DNA from: Spirochaetia bacterium
Lineage (GTDB): Bacteria; Spirochaetota; UBA4802; UBA5550
Direction of reading: 5' to 3'
Assembly: GCA_009885955.1 (NCBI GenBank)
Contig: VFJS01000056.1
Coordinates: 15,941 to 79,940 of the forward strand
DNA length: 64,000 nucleotides
Positions 20,780 through 30,163 of the stretch are shown here, piece by piece (position 1 is the stretch's first letter; each line of letters opens with the position of its first letter). The translations under genes and the position numbers were made by a program. Under the pieces are notes generated by a model, which did not search any database, had not been told where the DNA came from, and saw nothing but the letters and a program-made list of their open reading frames with translations.

Positions 20780-21967
20780 ATGAAGATAGTCTATTTTTCG
20801 GATCAATACTGGCCTGTCATCAGCGGAGTATCCGTATCTATTGATTCATTTAAAAATGAACTTGCCGGGAAAGGGAACGACGTATACCTTTTTACTACAG
20901 ATTATCCTGGTGCAAGAGAGTTTGATGAAAAGGTCAGGAACAGGAATATTCTACGGTTCAAATCACACAGACTTTTTTTTAATGAAGAAAACCGCCTTGT
21001 AAACCGTTCTGAGAAACGGGAGGTCTTCAGCGCGCTGGATAAAATAAGGCCCGATGTTATCCATGTGCATACTGAATTCAACATGTTCAGGATAGCGGTA
21101 AAATACGCCAGGAGAAATAAAGTTCCACTGGTTGTTACAGCCCATACCAATTGGGAACAACTCGTCAACCATTATATAAAATTCATGCCTGGCTGGATTG
21201 GCAAAATGTACTGCCGGTTCAAGCTCAGGTATACCTACAATAAAGCCGACCTGGTCATAGTCCCCACATCGCTTATGGAAGTTCTTCTTCAGTCCTATTT
21301 TATTTTCAGGCCGATTCATGTTATCCCGACTGGTATTGACAAATCAGAATTTAAAAGGGACGGGAGAACAGTTCATGATTACCGGCAGGCCCTCATCAGG
21401 GAATATCCCGCGCTTGAAGGAAGGAGAATTCTTTTTTCACTGGGCAGGCTGGGAATGGAGAAGAATATTACCCTCCTTATCGATGTGGTTAAAAACATAC
21501 TGAAAAGCAGGGATGATATTATGCTTGTCATTGCCGGGGACGGGCCTGCCAGGCAGGAACTGATGAAGTATGCCGCGGAACAGGACCTGGACAGGCATGT
21601 TATTTTCACCGGTTATGTTCCAAGGACCAGGATAAAGGATTATTTTTCCGCAGCAGATGTTTTCGTATTTGCATCAATGGTTGAGAGCCAGGGTATGGTA
21701 GTCCTGGAGGCCATGAGCTGCGGGATTCCCGTTGTTGCAGTCGGGAAAATGGGGACACGGGAAGTCATGGGCGGAGACTTCGGAGGATTTATGGTGGATG
21801 ATGATCCTGAACAGTTTGAGAAAAAAATTTTACTCCTCCTGGATGACAGTGAACTGCATGCTGAAAAATGTGTTGAGGCCATTGAACACGCGGCCAAATG
21901 GGGGATATCCCCGCTTGCAGAAAAATTGCTGAAGGTATATGAATCTCTTGTCCAGGATAGAAACTGA
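20780..21967 (+). CDS. glycosyltransferase family 4 (GT-B fold)
   Basis: N-terminal Glyco_trans_4-like region and C-terminal Glycos_transf_1 (E-x7-E-like EAMSCGIPVVA). Confidence 0.85.
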   Translation: MKIVYFSDQYWPVISGVSVSIDSFKNELAGKGNDVYLFTTDYPGAREFDEKVRNRNILRFKSHRLFFNEENRLVNRSEKREVFSALDKIRPDVIHVHTEFNMFRIAVKYARRNKVPLVVTAHTNWEQLVNHYIKFMPGWIGKMYCRFKLRYTYNKADLVIVPTSLMEVLLQSYFIFRPIHVIPTGIDKSEFKRDGRTVHDYRQALIREYPALEGRRILFSLGRLGMEKNITLLIDVVKNILKSRDDIMLVIAGDGPARQELMKYAAEQDLDRHVIFTGYVPRTRIKDYFSAADVFVFASMVESQGMVVLEAMSCGIPVVAVGKMGTREVMGGDFGGFMVDDDPEQFEKKILLLLDDSELHAEKCVEAIEHAAKWGISPLAEKLLKVYESLVQDRN

Positions 21968-21976
21968 TTTACCATT

Positions 21977-22687
21977 TCAGAATAAATCATGGAGGAGAAC
22001 CGGTTTATATCCATTTCTCAACAGGCCCTGTGCCGCTGACTTGAAGAGCTCCATTGACGATGGAATTTCAATATCGCACCGGTGAATTGCTATTCGCACA
22101 CCTTTTCCCCTGATCAAAACTGAAATCAGATACACGAGCCTTCCCAGTTTTCTTAGAAAAAAGAGTTCCAAAAGGACCGGGCTTCCCAGTGAGATAACAG
22201 GAGAAAAAAATTTCCTGTCACCATAGCTGATTGTAAGGAGTGATTCAACAAAGAGTGGTTTCAGACTCTTGAAAAAGCGCACGTTGTTTTTATGGGCCAG
22301 CCAGCACGGGGGGCATATGCCTGCGCGTATTCCAAAGAGAGACTGTATTTTTCCAAAGGCCGTCCCGGTATTGCGTCGAAGCTCGTCACCGTCATCCAGG
22401 TATTCAGCCTGATATTTGTGATAGAATGACAGGAGGCGGTGATTTTTTTTTAAGCAGGCGTGGGTAAGGCCGTGAAAAACCAGTTCTATCCTTTTATCAT
22501 CAATCCTTTTTTTAAGATAGGCATAGAGAGGGGTGCCCCTGTGTATCATCCCGTCAAAAATAAGATGTACAGAGAGGGGATGGGGAAAATTTTCCAGTAA
22601 GCTGTCAATGATTCTGATAGTATCATCAGGGTTTGAAACCCTCAGGTCATGTATTGAGATTGATAATTTTTTTTGGCGAAGGGTCAT
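21977..22687 (-). CDS. hypothetical protein, possibly DUF2334/polysaccharide-deacetylase-like
   Basis: His-rich motifs (FHGLTHAC); weak resemblance only. Confidence 0.35.
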   Translation of the reverse strand: MTLRQKKLSISIHDLRVSNPDDTIRIIDSLLENFPHPLSVHLIFDGMIHRGTPLYAYLKKRIDDKRIELVFHGLTHACLKKNHRLLSFYHKYQAEYLDDGDELRRNTGTAFGKIQSLFGIRAGICPPCWLAHKNNVRFFKSLKPLFVESLLTISYGDRKFFSPVISLGSPVLLELFFLRKLGRLVYLISVLIRGKGVRIAIHRCDIEIPSSMELFKSAAQGLLRNGYKPVLLHDLF

Positions 22688-23430
22688 TTTTTCGGATTAA
22701 CAAGTTCATTTGATGTCCACTTCCCGTTATCGTCCATCTCTTCATATTTCACAAACCTGTGGGGCGGCGCTGAATCGAAGTAGAAAATGAATTTCCCCTT
22801 GACAAATACCGATATCAATCCCGTTACCGTGAGCTCAAGCCTGTAGCAGTCAAATGTCCCTGCCGGCACGGTAACGTTCTGCCTGGATATGCTGGAGAGC
22901 TTCATTGTCATATCGCCGTTGGTTTCGTACATGTATGTCTTAAAAACAGCGAATGATGAAAATTGAAAGGGGAACCCCCTGAAAGCAACAAAATAGGCAT
23001 ACCTGGAATAGATGTTGCTGTCACTCACGGTGAAATATTTATCGATTTTTTTGTCCCTGTTGAAAAGATATGCCCTGCCTGCGCCGTCGTAGCTGTACGC
23101 TTCCAGCAGGGCGTTTGTTTTTGCATCATACCTTTTTTCCGATATTGTTGTCAGATCATCATGATTGATTTCAACATCATTTATATAAAGGTTGCCTTCG
23201 CGGACTACCACATGATAATATTTTATTCCATCCCTGTTTTTAAGATTTATTGATGCCTTTGCAGTAACATAGCCCACGTCACTGCTGATAAAATCGGTTA
23301 TTTCGAAATATTCTGATGCGGGGATGCCGGGATTCCTGAAAACCGGCCCGGCCAGGATGATATGCTGGAATACGATTAGTATCATCAGCACTGCCGGAGG
23401 TATTTTTAATATTTTCCAGTTTTTTATCAT
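22684..23430 (-). CDS. hypothetical secreted protein
   Basis: N-terminal signal peptide, beta-rich composition. Overlaps the downstream gene by 4 bp. Confidence 0.4.
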   Translation of the reverse strand: MIKNWKILKIPPAVLMILIVFQHIILAGPVFRNPGIPASEYFEITDFISSDVGYVTAKASINLKNRDGIKYYHVVVREGNLYINDVEINHDDLTTISEKRYDAKTNALLEAYSYDGAGRAYLFNRDKKIDKYFTVSDSNIYSRYAYFVAFRGFPFQFSSFAVFKTYMYETNGDMTMKLSSISRQNVTVPAGTFDCYRLELTVTGLISVFVKGKFIFYFDSAPPHRFVKYEEMDDNGKWTSNELVNPKK

Positions 23431-23477
23431 TTCTCATATTACTCCACTTTTTAGTTGTCATTAATTAAAAAATATTT

Positions 23478-23509
23478 GTTCACGGATTCACAGGGATAGT
23501 TACGGTATA
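23478..23509. promoter_or_regulatory. TCACGGATTCA-family motif, site a
   Basis: TTCACGGATTCACAGGGATAGTTACGGTATAC in the divergent intergenic region upstream of the RACo-like gene. Confidence 0.3.
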
Positions 23510-23753
23510 CATCATTTCATTTCTGATTAATATGTTCATTATTACCGGGTAGAATCCGGCCGGGAATATTTTTGTCAAGCTGATTATTCCGTATTTCAGC
23601 ATGCCTGAACTGTTTTTGAAAAGGATGACTTTTTCACGGGAACTGAATTTATTGTTGAAATAAATTCATTGTTTTACATATTATTGAAATGTAAATATTC
23701 GCGGCTGATGAACCCTTGACAGGGGTTTGATATACAGGCGCTGCCGATAAAAT

Positions 23754-26042
23754 TTGCCGCGGCCTGCTGGAAATAGTACATTAATAAAACCAGGGAAATT
23801 ATTCAGCAGATTGATATCATACAATCAGCCCGTTAAAAAGGAGAATGTATTAATGGACCCAGTATGCTACAAGGACAAGAATGTAACGGCCAGTTACTAC
23901 TGCGCAAAATACAGCAGGTACCTTTGTGAGAACTGCCTTGCCTGCCAGGATCCGACAATATACTGCAAATTCCGCAAGATGTGTATGATATGGGAAGTCA
24001 TAAGATTCGGCACTCCGGAGATGCAGGAAAAGGCTGTTTCAAACCTGTTAAAGGATAAACCAAATCTTGCCGCAGATGTAAAGCCCGCGGCTGAAATAAA
24101 AGGGGCTGATAAGGCTGAATCAGCTGAAATAGTATTTCTTCCCAATAACAGGGGCTTCAAGGTGGAATCGGGTAAAACTATTCTTGAAGCCGCAAGGGAC
24201 AATGAAATTTATATAAATGCCAGGTGCGGGGGGAAAGGGGTCTGCGGCAGCTGCAGGGTAAAGATCCTGGAGGGCAGGGCTGATATCAAGGGCACAACCC
24301 ATCTGACTAAAGAAGACATTGACATGGGTTACGTCCTTGCCTGCACTACAAAAATTACGGGCAGCATTACAGCCGAGGTCCCTGAAGAAAACAAGGCCAG
24401 GGCGCTTAAAATTGTTGAGGAAGGATTTAAGATCAGGGAAAAGCTCCTTGCCGGGAAAACGGCTACACCCTTTGTTTCGGTATATCACCTGGAATTGCCT
24501 GCTCCCACTCTGGACGACCCGTCAAGTGATCTTGACAGGGTAAACAAGGTTTTAAAAATCCATGGCGTAGACTGCGACGCAAACTGCATAAGCCTTCCGG
24601 CTCTTGCGGAACTGTCATCGGACTTGAGAAGATATAACTGGAAGGTCAATATCACACTCCTTGACAGGGGATACTCCAGGGAGATAATCAGGACAACACC
24701 TTATGATACCGAAAGGAAGCATTACGGCCTTGCAGTGGACATGGGTACAACCTCTGTTGTGGCCTATCTTGTTGATCTCACGAATGCCGAAGTGGCCGGC
24801 GTAGCATCGACCCAGAACAGGCAGGTGGTCTTCGGTGAGGATGTCATATCCAGGATTATAAGCGCAAAGGGGGCCGAGGGGCTTGAGAGGCTCCATGGGT
24901 ATGCGATGAAAACCATTAATGGCCTTATCAACGAACTGGTCACCGTGGGGAAGATACACAGAAGGGACATCCTCTCCTTTGTTGTCGCGGGAAATACCGT
25001 AATGACCCAGTCGGTCCTTAAGCTCGACCCGAGCAGCATAAGGACCGAGCCCTATGTCCCGGTTGCAGTCAGGTTCCCCATATGGCAGGCCAGGGACATT
25101 GGCCTGGACATTCACCCCCATGGCGGCGTTTTCGTTGTGCCGGGAAATGCCGCCTATGTCGGGGGGGACATCACAGCCGGCATCATTGCCTCGGGCCTTA
25201 ATACGAAGGAAAACATAACCCTTTTCATCGATGTGGGGACAAACGGCGAGATGGTACTGGGCACCAAAAACTGGATGATGACGGCCTCCTGTTCCGCGGG
25301 ACCCGCGTTTGAAGGGGGCGGAATCCGTCACGGGATGAGGGCGCTTCCGGGAGCCATTGACGATGTTACCATTGATCCCGTGTCGCTTGAGCCGTCAATC
25401 AGCGTAATCGACGGCTTCCCTCCCGCGGGAATCTGCGGCAGCGGCATGATTTCCCTCATAGGCTCGCTTTATCTTGCCGGGATACTCGATTCCTCGGGGA
25501 AATTCAACGAAAATCTCATGACTGACAGGGTGGCCTCTGATGAATACGGCAAGAGGTACATCATTGCCAGGGAGAAGGACTCGGGAATCGAAGAGGACAT
25601 CTTCCTGGCAGAAAGCGATATCGCAATCCTGATCCAGAGCAAGGCCGCCATATACAGCGGATTCATGACCCTCCTTAAAAGCGCAGGTGTGACAATCAAT
25701 GAGGTGAACGAGTTCCTCATCGCCGGGGGTTTCGGGAGATATATTAATTTTAAAATGGCCATACTGATGGGGCTCCTCCCAGATATTGATCTGGAAAAAT
25801 TTAAATATCTTGGAAACAGCTCAATAGCCGGGGCCTATCTTGCCCTGGTCTCGGCGGATATCAGGAAAGAGCTCTGCGAGATATCGAAAAAAATGACCTA
25901 TGTCGATTTTTCATCATCAACGCTATTTTATGACGAGTACAGGCAGGCCATGTTTCTTCCGCATACCGATGTTAAAAGTTTTCCCAGCGTCATGGAGATA
26001 GTCAATGATAATAAGAAACTTCAGAAGAAGCGGCAGGTATAA
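23754..26042 (+). CDS. RACo-like reductive activase of corrinoid proteins (2Fe-2S ferredoxin plus ASKHA ATPase/DUF4445), with an extra N-terminal Cys-rich segment
   Basis: Plant-type ferredoxin motif CGGKGVCGSCRVK. ASKHA nucleotide-binding segments (GLAVDMGTTS, IDVGTNGE, GGFG). The real start may be the internal MDPVCYKDKN. Confidence 0.75.
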   Translation: MPRPAGNSTLIKPGKLFSRLISYNQPVKKENVLMDPVCYKDKNVTASYYCAKYSRYLCENCLACQDPTIYCKFRKMCMIWEVIRFGTPEMQEKAVSNLLKDKPNLAADVKPAAEIKGADKAESAEIVFLPNNRGFKVESGKTILEAARDNEIYINARCGGKGVCGSCRVKILEGRADIKGTTHLTKEDIDMGYVLACTTKITGSITAEVPEENKARALKIVEEGFKIREKLLAGKTATPFVSVYHLELPAPTLDDPSSDLDRVNKVLKIHGVDCDANCISLPALAELSSDLRRYNWKVNITLLDRGYSREIIRTTPYDTERKHYGLAVDMGTTSVVAYLVDLTNAEVAGVASTQNRQVVFGEDVISRIISAKGAEGLERLHGYAMKTINGLINELVTVGKIHRRDILSFVVAGNTVMTQSVLKLDPSSIRTEPYVPVAVRFPIWQARDIGLDIHPHGGVFVVPGNAAYVGGDITAGIIASGLNTKENITLFIDVGTNGEMVLGTKNWMMTASCSAGPAFEGGGIRHGMRALPGAIDDVTIDPVSLEPSISVIDGFPPAGICGSGMISLIGSLYLAGILDSSGKFNENLMTDRVASDEYGKRYIIAREKDSGIEEDIFLAESDIAILIQSKAAIYSGFMTLLKSAGVTINEVNEFLIAGGFGRYINFKMAILMGLLPDIDLEKFKYLGNSSIAGAYLALVSADIRKELCEISKKMTYVDFSSSTLFYDEYRQAMFLPHTDVKSFPSVMEIVNDNKKLQKKRQV

Positions 26043-26043
26043 T

Positions 26044-27201
26044 TTATTTTCCCTTTAATATATCAGAAAGTTGTTTTGTAAATTCCATGACTTTCACGCT
26101 TAGCGGGATGCTCAGTGAACCTGCGCCGCAGCTCGGCGTGATAATGGACTGGGACAGAACCATGTCCTCACTGAAACCCTTTTTTGCGCATGCTTTTAAG
26201 ACCGCCCGGAAATTTTTTTCCACTTCCGCGATGGATAGGCTCTCTATTTTTTCAGCAAGGGTGGGGACAATGCCCCAGGCAATAGCCTTTCCCTTTTCAA
26301 GGTACTCCCCCAGATTCGATGAATTAATGAATTTATCTGTGATAACATCGTCAGATGCGTCAAAATTTATTATCTCCAGGTCAAGGCCGAGCAGTTCCTC
26401 CCAGTCGGCATTGCCGCAGCAGTGCATTCCGGGGATGCCACCGGCATCAATGATTCCCTTAATGATCTCCCTGAAGGAATCCATGGCTGTATCCTTTTCA
26501 ATGGAATAAAATCCTGAACCGATAATGGACAGTGACGGCTCATCAATGAATATGACAACATCGGGATGGAGTTCCTTCAGCTTTTGTATCTGCCACCTGG
26601 CTGTCATGATTCCGTTTTTTATAATTGCATCGAATAGTTCCGGCTTGTAGATTGCCAGTTTCCCGTCGGCCCTGTCAGTGATAACTCCGTGGGTCATGGG
26701 GCCGACTATCTGCCCCTTTACCGCAAAAGCATTTTTCATGTCTTTTGACTGAGCATTTTTCATGAAGGCATAAAACCCTGAACCGGAATTTTCATCGATA
26801 CCGAAATATTCAATATCATCATTTATTATTTTCGTATAGAATTTATCAAGCTCCATGGGAAGGTCACCGGTGGTGTCGAATCCCGATTTTTTATTTTGAG
26901 GATCAATATAAAATGTGGGGAGTTTTTTGCTGAACTGGTTGTTGAACTCTTCGTATATGCTCATTTTTGGAAGTTGGGGCCATGCAGGCAGACGGGGTAT
27001 GGTTTCAAATATAATTCTGCATGCCTCATCCGGATCGGTATGGGGGAGGCTGCCAATGGCTGATGCAATTGCTTCCGGTTTTTTTTTCATTTCTTTCACC
27101 TTTTTTATAAATAAGCCATGATGCATTCTATGAAACAATTTAATTTTTTGACAGGGTGTCCACTCCTGCCGAAACCTGTGATGATGAATATAATTTAGCA
27201 A
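26044..27201 (-). CDS. UroD/MetE-like methyltransferase-family protein (cobalamin-independent methionine-synthase-like or corrinoid methyltransferase-like)
   Basis: IGSLPHTDP and LPAWPQLP N-terminal region typical of the MetE-like/UROD TIM-barrel family. Start probably at the internal MKKKPEAIASAIG. Convergent with the RACo gene. Confidence 0.45.
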   Translation of the reverse strand: MLNYIHHHRFRQEWTPCQKIKLFHRMHHGLFIKKVKEMKKKPEAIASAIGSLPHTDPDEACRIIFETIPRLPAWPQLPKMSIYEEFNNQFSKKLPTFYIDPQNKKSGFDTTGDLPMELDKFYTKIINDDIEYFGIDENSGSGFYAFMKNAQSKDMKNAFAVKGQIVGPMTHGVITDRADGKLAIYKPELFDAIIKNGIMTARWQIQKLKELHPDVVIFIDEPSLSIIGSGFYSIEKDTAMDSFREIIKGIIDAGGIPGMHCCGNADWEELLGLDLEIINFDASDDVITDKFINSSNLGEYLEKGKAIAWGIVPTLAEKIESLSIAEVEKNFRAVLKACAKKGFSEDMVLSQSIITPSCGAGSLSIPLSVKVMEFTKQLSDILKGK

Positions 27202-27472
27202 ATAGCCCCTTTCATGTCCAATGAAAATATACCCGCAGTTAAATTTTTCGCATCTTTTTAACAGGTAAATATAACAAGTATCATTGAACCGCCTGTTTTA
27301 ATAATTCGGATTTCCCTTGATTCCATTTTTATATTATTCTATTATGCAAAATATAATCATTATAAATGGTTATTTACTTGACAGAAATTTTTCACTTTTC
27401 AATATAAAGTCAATGATTTGCAATTTTTTAATATTTTTCGCTCTGTTCAATGTATGCGATGAGGTTTGATTT

Positions 27473-28084
27473 ATGAATATTGATCTTATTGTCCACAGGC
27501 AGATTAATGCCAGGGATATTCTGGTCAGTGGCGATAAGTGGAAGGAGTTGTATGATTTTTTCCAGGAAGGCGTAAAGAAGTACGGTATATATTTTTATAA
27601 CTATAAAGACAGCCCCATGCCGTTCTACATCGGCAAGTGTACAGCCAAATCCTTCAACATCCTCGGGAAAGTTTGGGACGAACTTGACGACTGCGAAAGG
27701 GGCTCCACGTGGCTCGGAAGGGATATTTCGCTTTTACAGGAGTATGAGCCCTTTAATGAGGATGATGAAGAAGGCAATTCCCTGAATCCATGGAAGAAAC
27801 TTACCGGAAAAAATCTGAAGAACCGCATAAAAAGGTTCATGAACTATATCACAGTCACCTTTACCTTTGTCAACATGAATGAGGAGGCCAGGGTGGTGGA
27901 TAAAATTCTCACCGACCTGGAGGTTGTTTTGCAGGAGCGTATGATCGAGAGAAATGTCCTGAATGTCAAATGGGTGAATGCATCCAACCTGAACAATATC
28001 GAAATTGCAAAGGATTATACGGTCACCATGAAATACAACATCGACGGGAATTATATTATAATTGATCCATCCCTTTTTATCTGA
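27473..28084 (+). CDS. hypothetical protein with a GIY-YIG-like motif, AT-rich
   Basis: KKYGIYFYNY-x8-FYIGKC resembles the GIY-x(10-11)-YIG spacing. No downstream conserved Arg/Glu confirmed. Lone plus-strand gene between minus-strand neighbours. Confidence 0.35.
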   Translation: MNIDLIVHRQINARDILVSGDKWKELYDFFQEGVKKYGIYFYNYKDSPMPFYIGKCTAKSFNILGKVWDELDDCERGSTWLGRDISLLQEYEPFNEDDEEGNSLNPWKKLTGKNLKNRIKRFMNYITVTFTFVNMNEEARVVDKILTDLEVVLQERMIERNVLNVKWVNASNLNNIEIAKDYTVTMKYNIDGNYIIIDPSLFI

Positions 28085-28103
28085 TCCGATCCTTTTTCAG
28101 CAG

Positions 28104-29000
28104 TCATCCCCTGAGCTTTCCCGTTAAGGCTGCGAGTTTTTCCCATTTCATGTCGGTTTCAATCTGAATCTTTTTAATGTCCCTTTTTTTTAAATGTGAA
28201 AAGCGGCCCTGCATGTTCAGGTATGATTCAACAGGCAATCCTGCCGGTTTAACAGTCAAATGATATTCCTCTCCGTTTACTATTTCAAAAAGGGGAAAAA
28301 TTTTTGTATCCGTGGCAAGCCTGGCTGCCTTGATGGAATGTTCCGACGGCATCTTCCATCCCGCAGGGCACGGGGAGAGGAGGTGGATAAAGCGAAGGCC
28401 TCTGAGTTTTTTTGCCTTCTCAAGCTTGGTAATATAATCGTCGGGAAATGCTATATTGGCTGTTGCTATGTAGGGTATGCCGTGGGCAGCCATGATCGCG
28501 GTAATATTTTTTTTTGGCCCCTCCTTGGGGTGGTTTGACGGAGTGGTTGTTGTCCATGCCATTTCGGGCGTTGCCGAGCTTCTCTGGATTCCGGTGTTCA
28601 TGTAGGCTTCATTGTCGTAACAGATATACAGGAAGTTCTCATTCCGTTCAGCTGCCCCGGAGAGAGCCTGGAGCCCGATATCCATGGTGCCTCCGTCGCC
28701 GGCCCATGCCAGTACGGTTGTATCCCTTCTCCCCCGGATCTCAAGCGCGGCGGATACTCCCGATGCAGCAGAGGCTGCGGTTTCAAAGGCGGTATGGAGC
28801 ACAGGGACATTGATCGACGTCTGGGGATAGGGCCCGCATATGACCGATGAGCAGCATGCCGGCAGTACCAGGATTGTTTTCGGCCCCAGTACATTCAGGG
28901 CCATCCTGAGGCCCACCGATGCCCCGCAGCCCTGGCATGCCAGGTGGCCCGGAGTTATCATCTCATCATTGGTTAAAAAACGCTCCCTGGTGTTCATCAT
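28104..29000 (-). CDS. porB: pyruvate/2-oxoacid:ferredoxin oxidoreductase beta subunit (TPP-binding)
   Basis: HLACQGCG .. LPACC Fe-S/TPP region and GDG TPP-binding motif (WAGDGGTMDIG). Confidence 0.9.
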   Translation of the reverse strand: MMNTRERFLTNDEMITPGHLACQGCGASVGLRMALNVLGPKTILVLPACCSSVICGPYPQTSINVPVLHTAFETAASAASGVSAALEIRGRRDTTVLAWAGDGGTMDIGLQALSGAAERNENFLYICYDNEAYMNTGIQRSSATPEMAWTTTTPSNHPKEGPKKNITAIMAAHGIPYIATANIAFPDDYITKLEKAKKLRGLRFIHLLSPCPAGWKMPSEHSIKAARLATDTKIFPLFEIVNGEEYHLTVKPAGLPVESYLNMQGRFSHLKKRDIKKIQIETDMKWEKLAALTGKLRG

Positions 29001-30163
29001 GCACCTCCGCCTTTATTAAGCCCCTTCCATATGATGGATTTGCCGGAGCGTGAATCTGATTCAGAGTCAATGATGATTGATTTTATCAACTCCGGAGTGA
29101 CATCCCTGCCGCCCAGGCCCGCGATGATCCCGATGACATCCGGGGGATTCGGGGCTGAATAGAGCGCGCTTTTCACCTCCTGCGCGAAGATGCCTCCCAG
29201 TCCCGGAGAGAGGTTTCTGTCTATCACTATGGCAAGTTTTTTTCCGTCCAGAGCCCTCCGTATCTCCTCTGCCGGGAACGGGCGGAAGAGCCTTATTTTC
29301 AGGAGGCCCACGCGTTCACCATCCTTTCTCATGGCGTCAATGACGGATCGCACTGTCCCTGCCATGGTACTTGCGCAGATTATCACTTTCCCGGCATCGT
29401 GGAGCATGTATGTTTCAATGATGCCGTAACCTCTTCCGAATATTTCATTGTATTCACCGGCTGATCCGGTGAATACTTCTTCAACTTTTTCCATGGCACA
29501 CTGCTGGTCATGGCGCATCTCCATGAAGTATTTCGGTGAAGCCATGCTTCCCAGGGCCGCGGGATGTTTTATGTCCAGGAATACACCGGGGCTGTATGCC
29601 GGGAGAAAGGAGTCAACTTCACCCTGTTCCGGGATGTCCACGGGTTCCGATGTATGGGAGAGGTAGAAGGCATCATAGGCAATCATTACGGGGAGCATGA
29701 CCGTTTCGGCAATGCGGTATGCCATGACGGTCAGGTCAAAGATCTCCTGCCCGGTCTCGCAGTAGACCTGGATCCAGCCGGTGTCGCGCTGCGACAGGGA
29801 ATCGGTCTGGTCGGCCCAGATGTTCCACGACGGCGCAAGGGCCCTGTTGACGTTTACCATGACAACGGGAAGCCGCGCGCCCGATGTCCAGTGGAGGAGC
29901 TCATGCATGAGCGCAAGCCCCTGGGACGATGTGGCAGTGAAGGTCCGTGCCCCGGCTGATGAGGCCCCGATGAGGCTTGCCAGGGCAGAATGTTCTGATT
30001 CCACCTTGAGAAATCGGGCTTTCAAATCCCCACTGCCGCAAAGTTCCGAGAGGAATTCCACAATCTGGGTCTGCGGGGTTATAGGATATGCGGATATCAC
30101 CTCCACCCTTGAACGGAGCACGGCATAGGATGCTGAATAATTTCCAATGATAACTTTTTTCAC
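28997..30163 (-). CDS. porA: pyruvate/2-oxoacid:ferredoxin oxidoreductase alpha subunit
   Basis: GNYSASYAVLRSRVEVISAYPITPQT N-terminus characteristic of the OFOR alpha family. Overlaps porB by 4 bp. Confidence 0.9.
   Translation of the reverse strand: MKKVIIGNYSASYAVLRSRVEVISAYPITPQTQIVEFLSELCGSGDLKARFLKVESEHSALASLIGASSAGARTFTATSSQGLALMHELLHWTSGARLPVVMVNVNRALAPSWNIWADQTDSLSQRDTGWIQVYCETGQEIFDLTVMAYRIAETVMLPVMIAYDAFYLSHTSEPVDIPEQGEVDSFLPAYSPGVFLDIKHPAALGSMASPKYFMEMRHDQQCAMEKVEEVFTGSAGEYNEIFGRGYGIIETYMLHDAGKVIICASTMAGTVRSVIDAMRKDGERVGLLKIRLFRPFPAEEIRRALDGKKLAIVIDRNLSPGLGGIFAQEVKSALYSAPNPPDVIGIIAGLGGRDVTPELIKSIIIDSESDSRSGKSIIWKGLNKGGGA

Noticed and set aside
24615-25331. 238-aa minus-strand ORF
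   Set aside because: Antisense within the ASKHA domain of the RACo-like gene.
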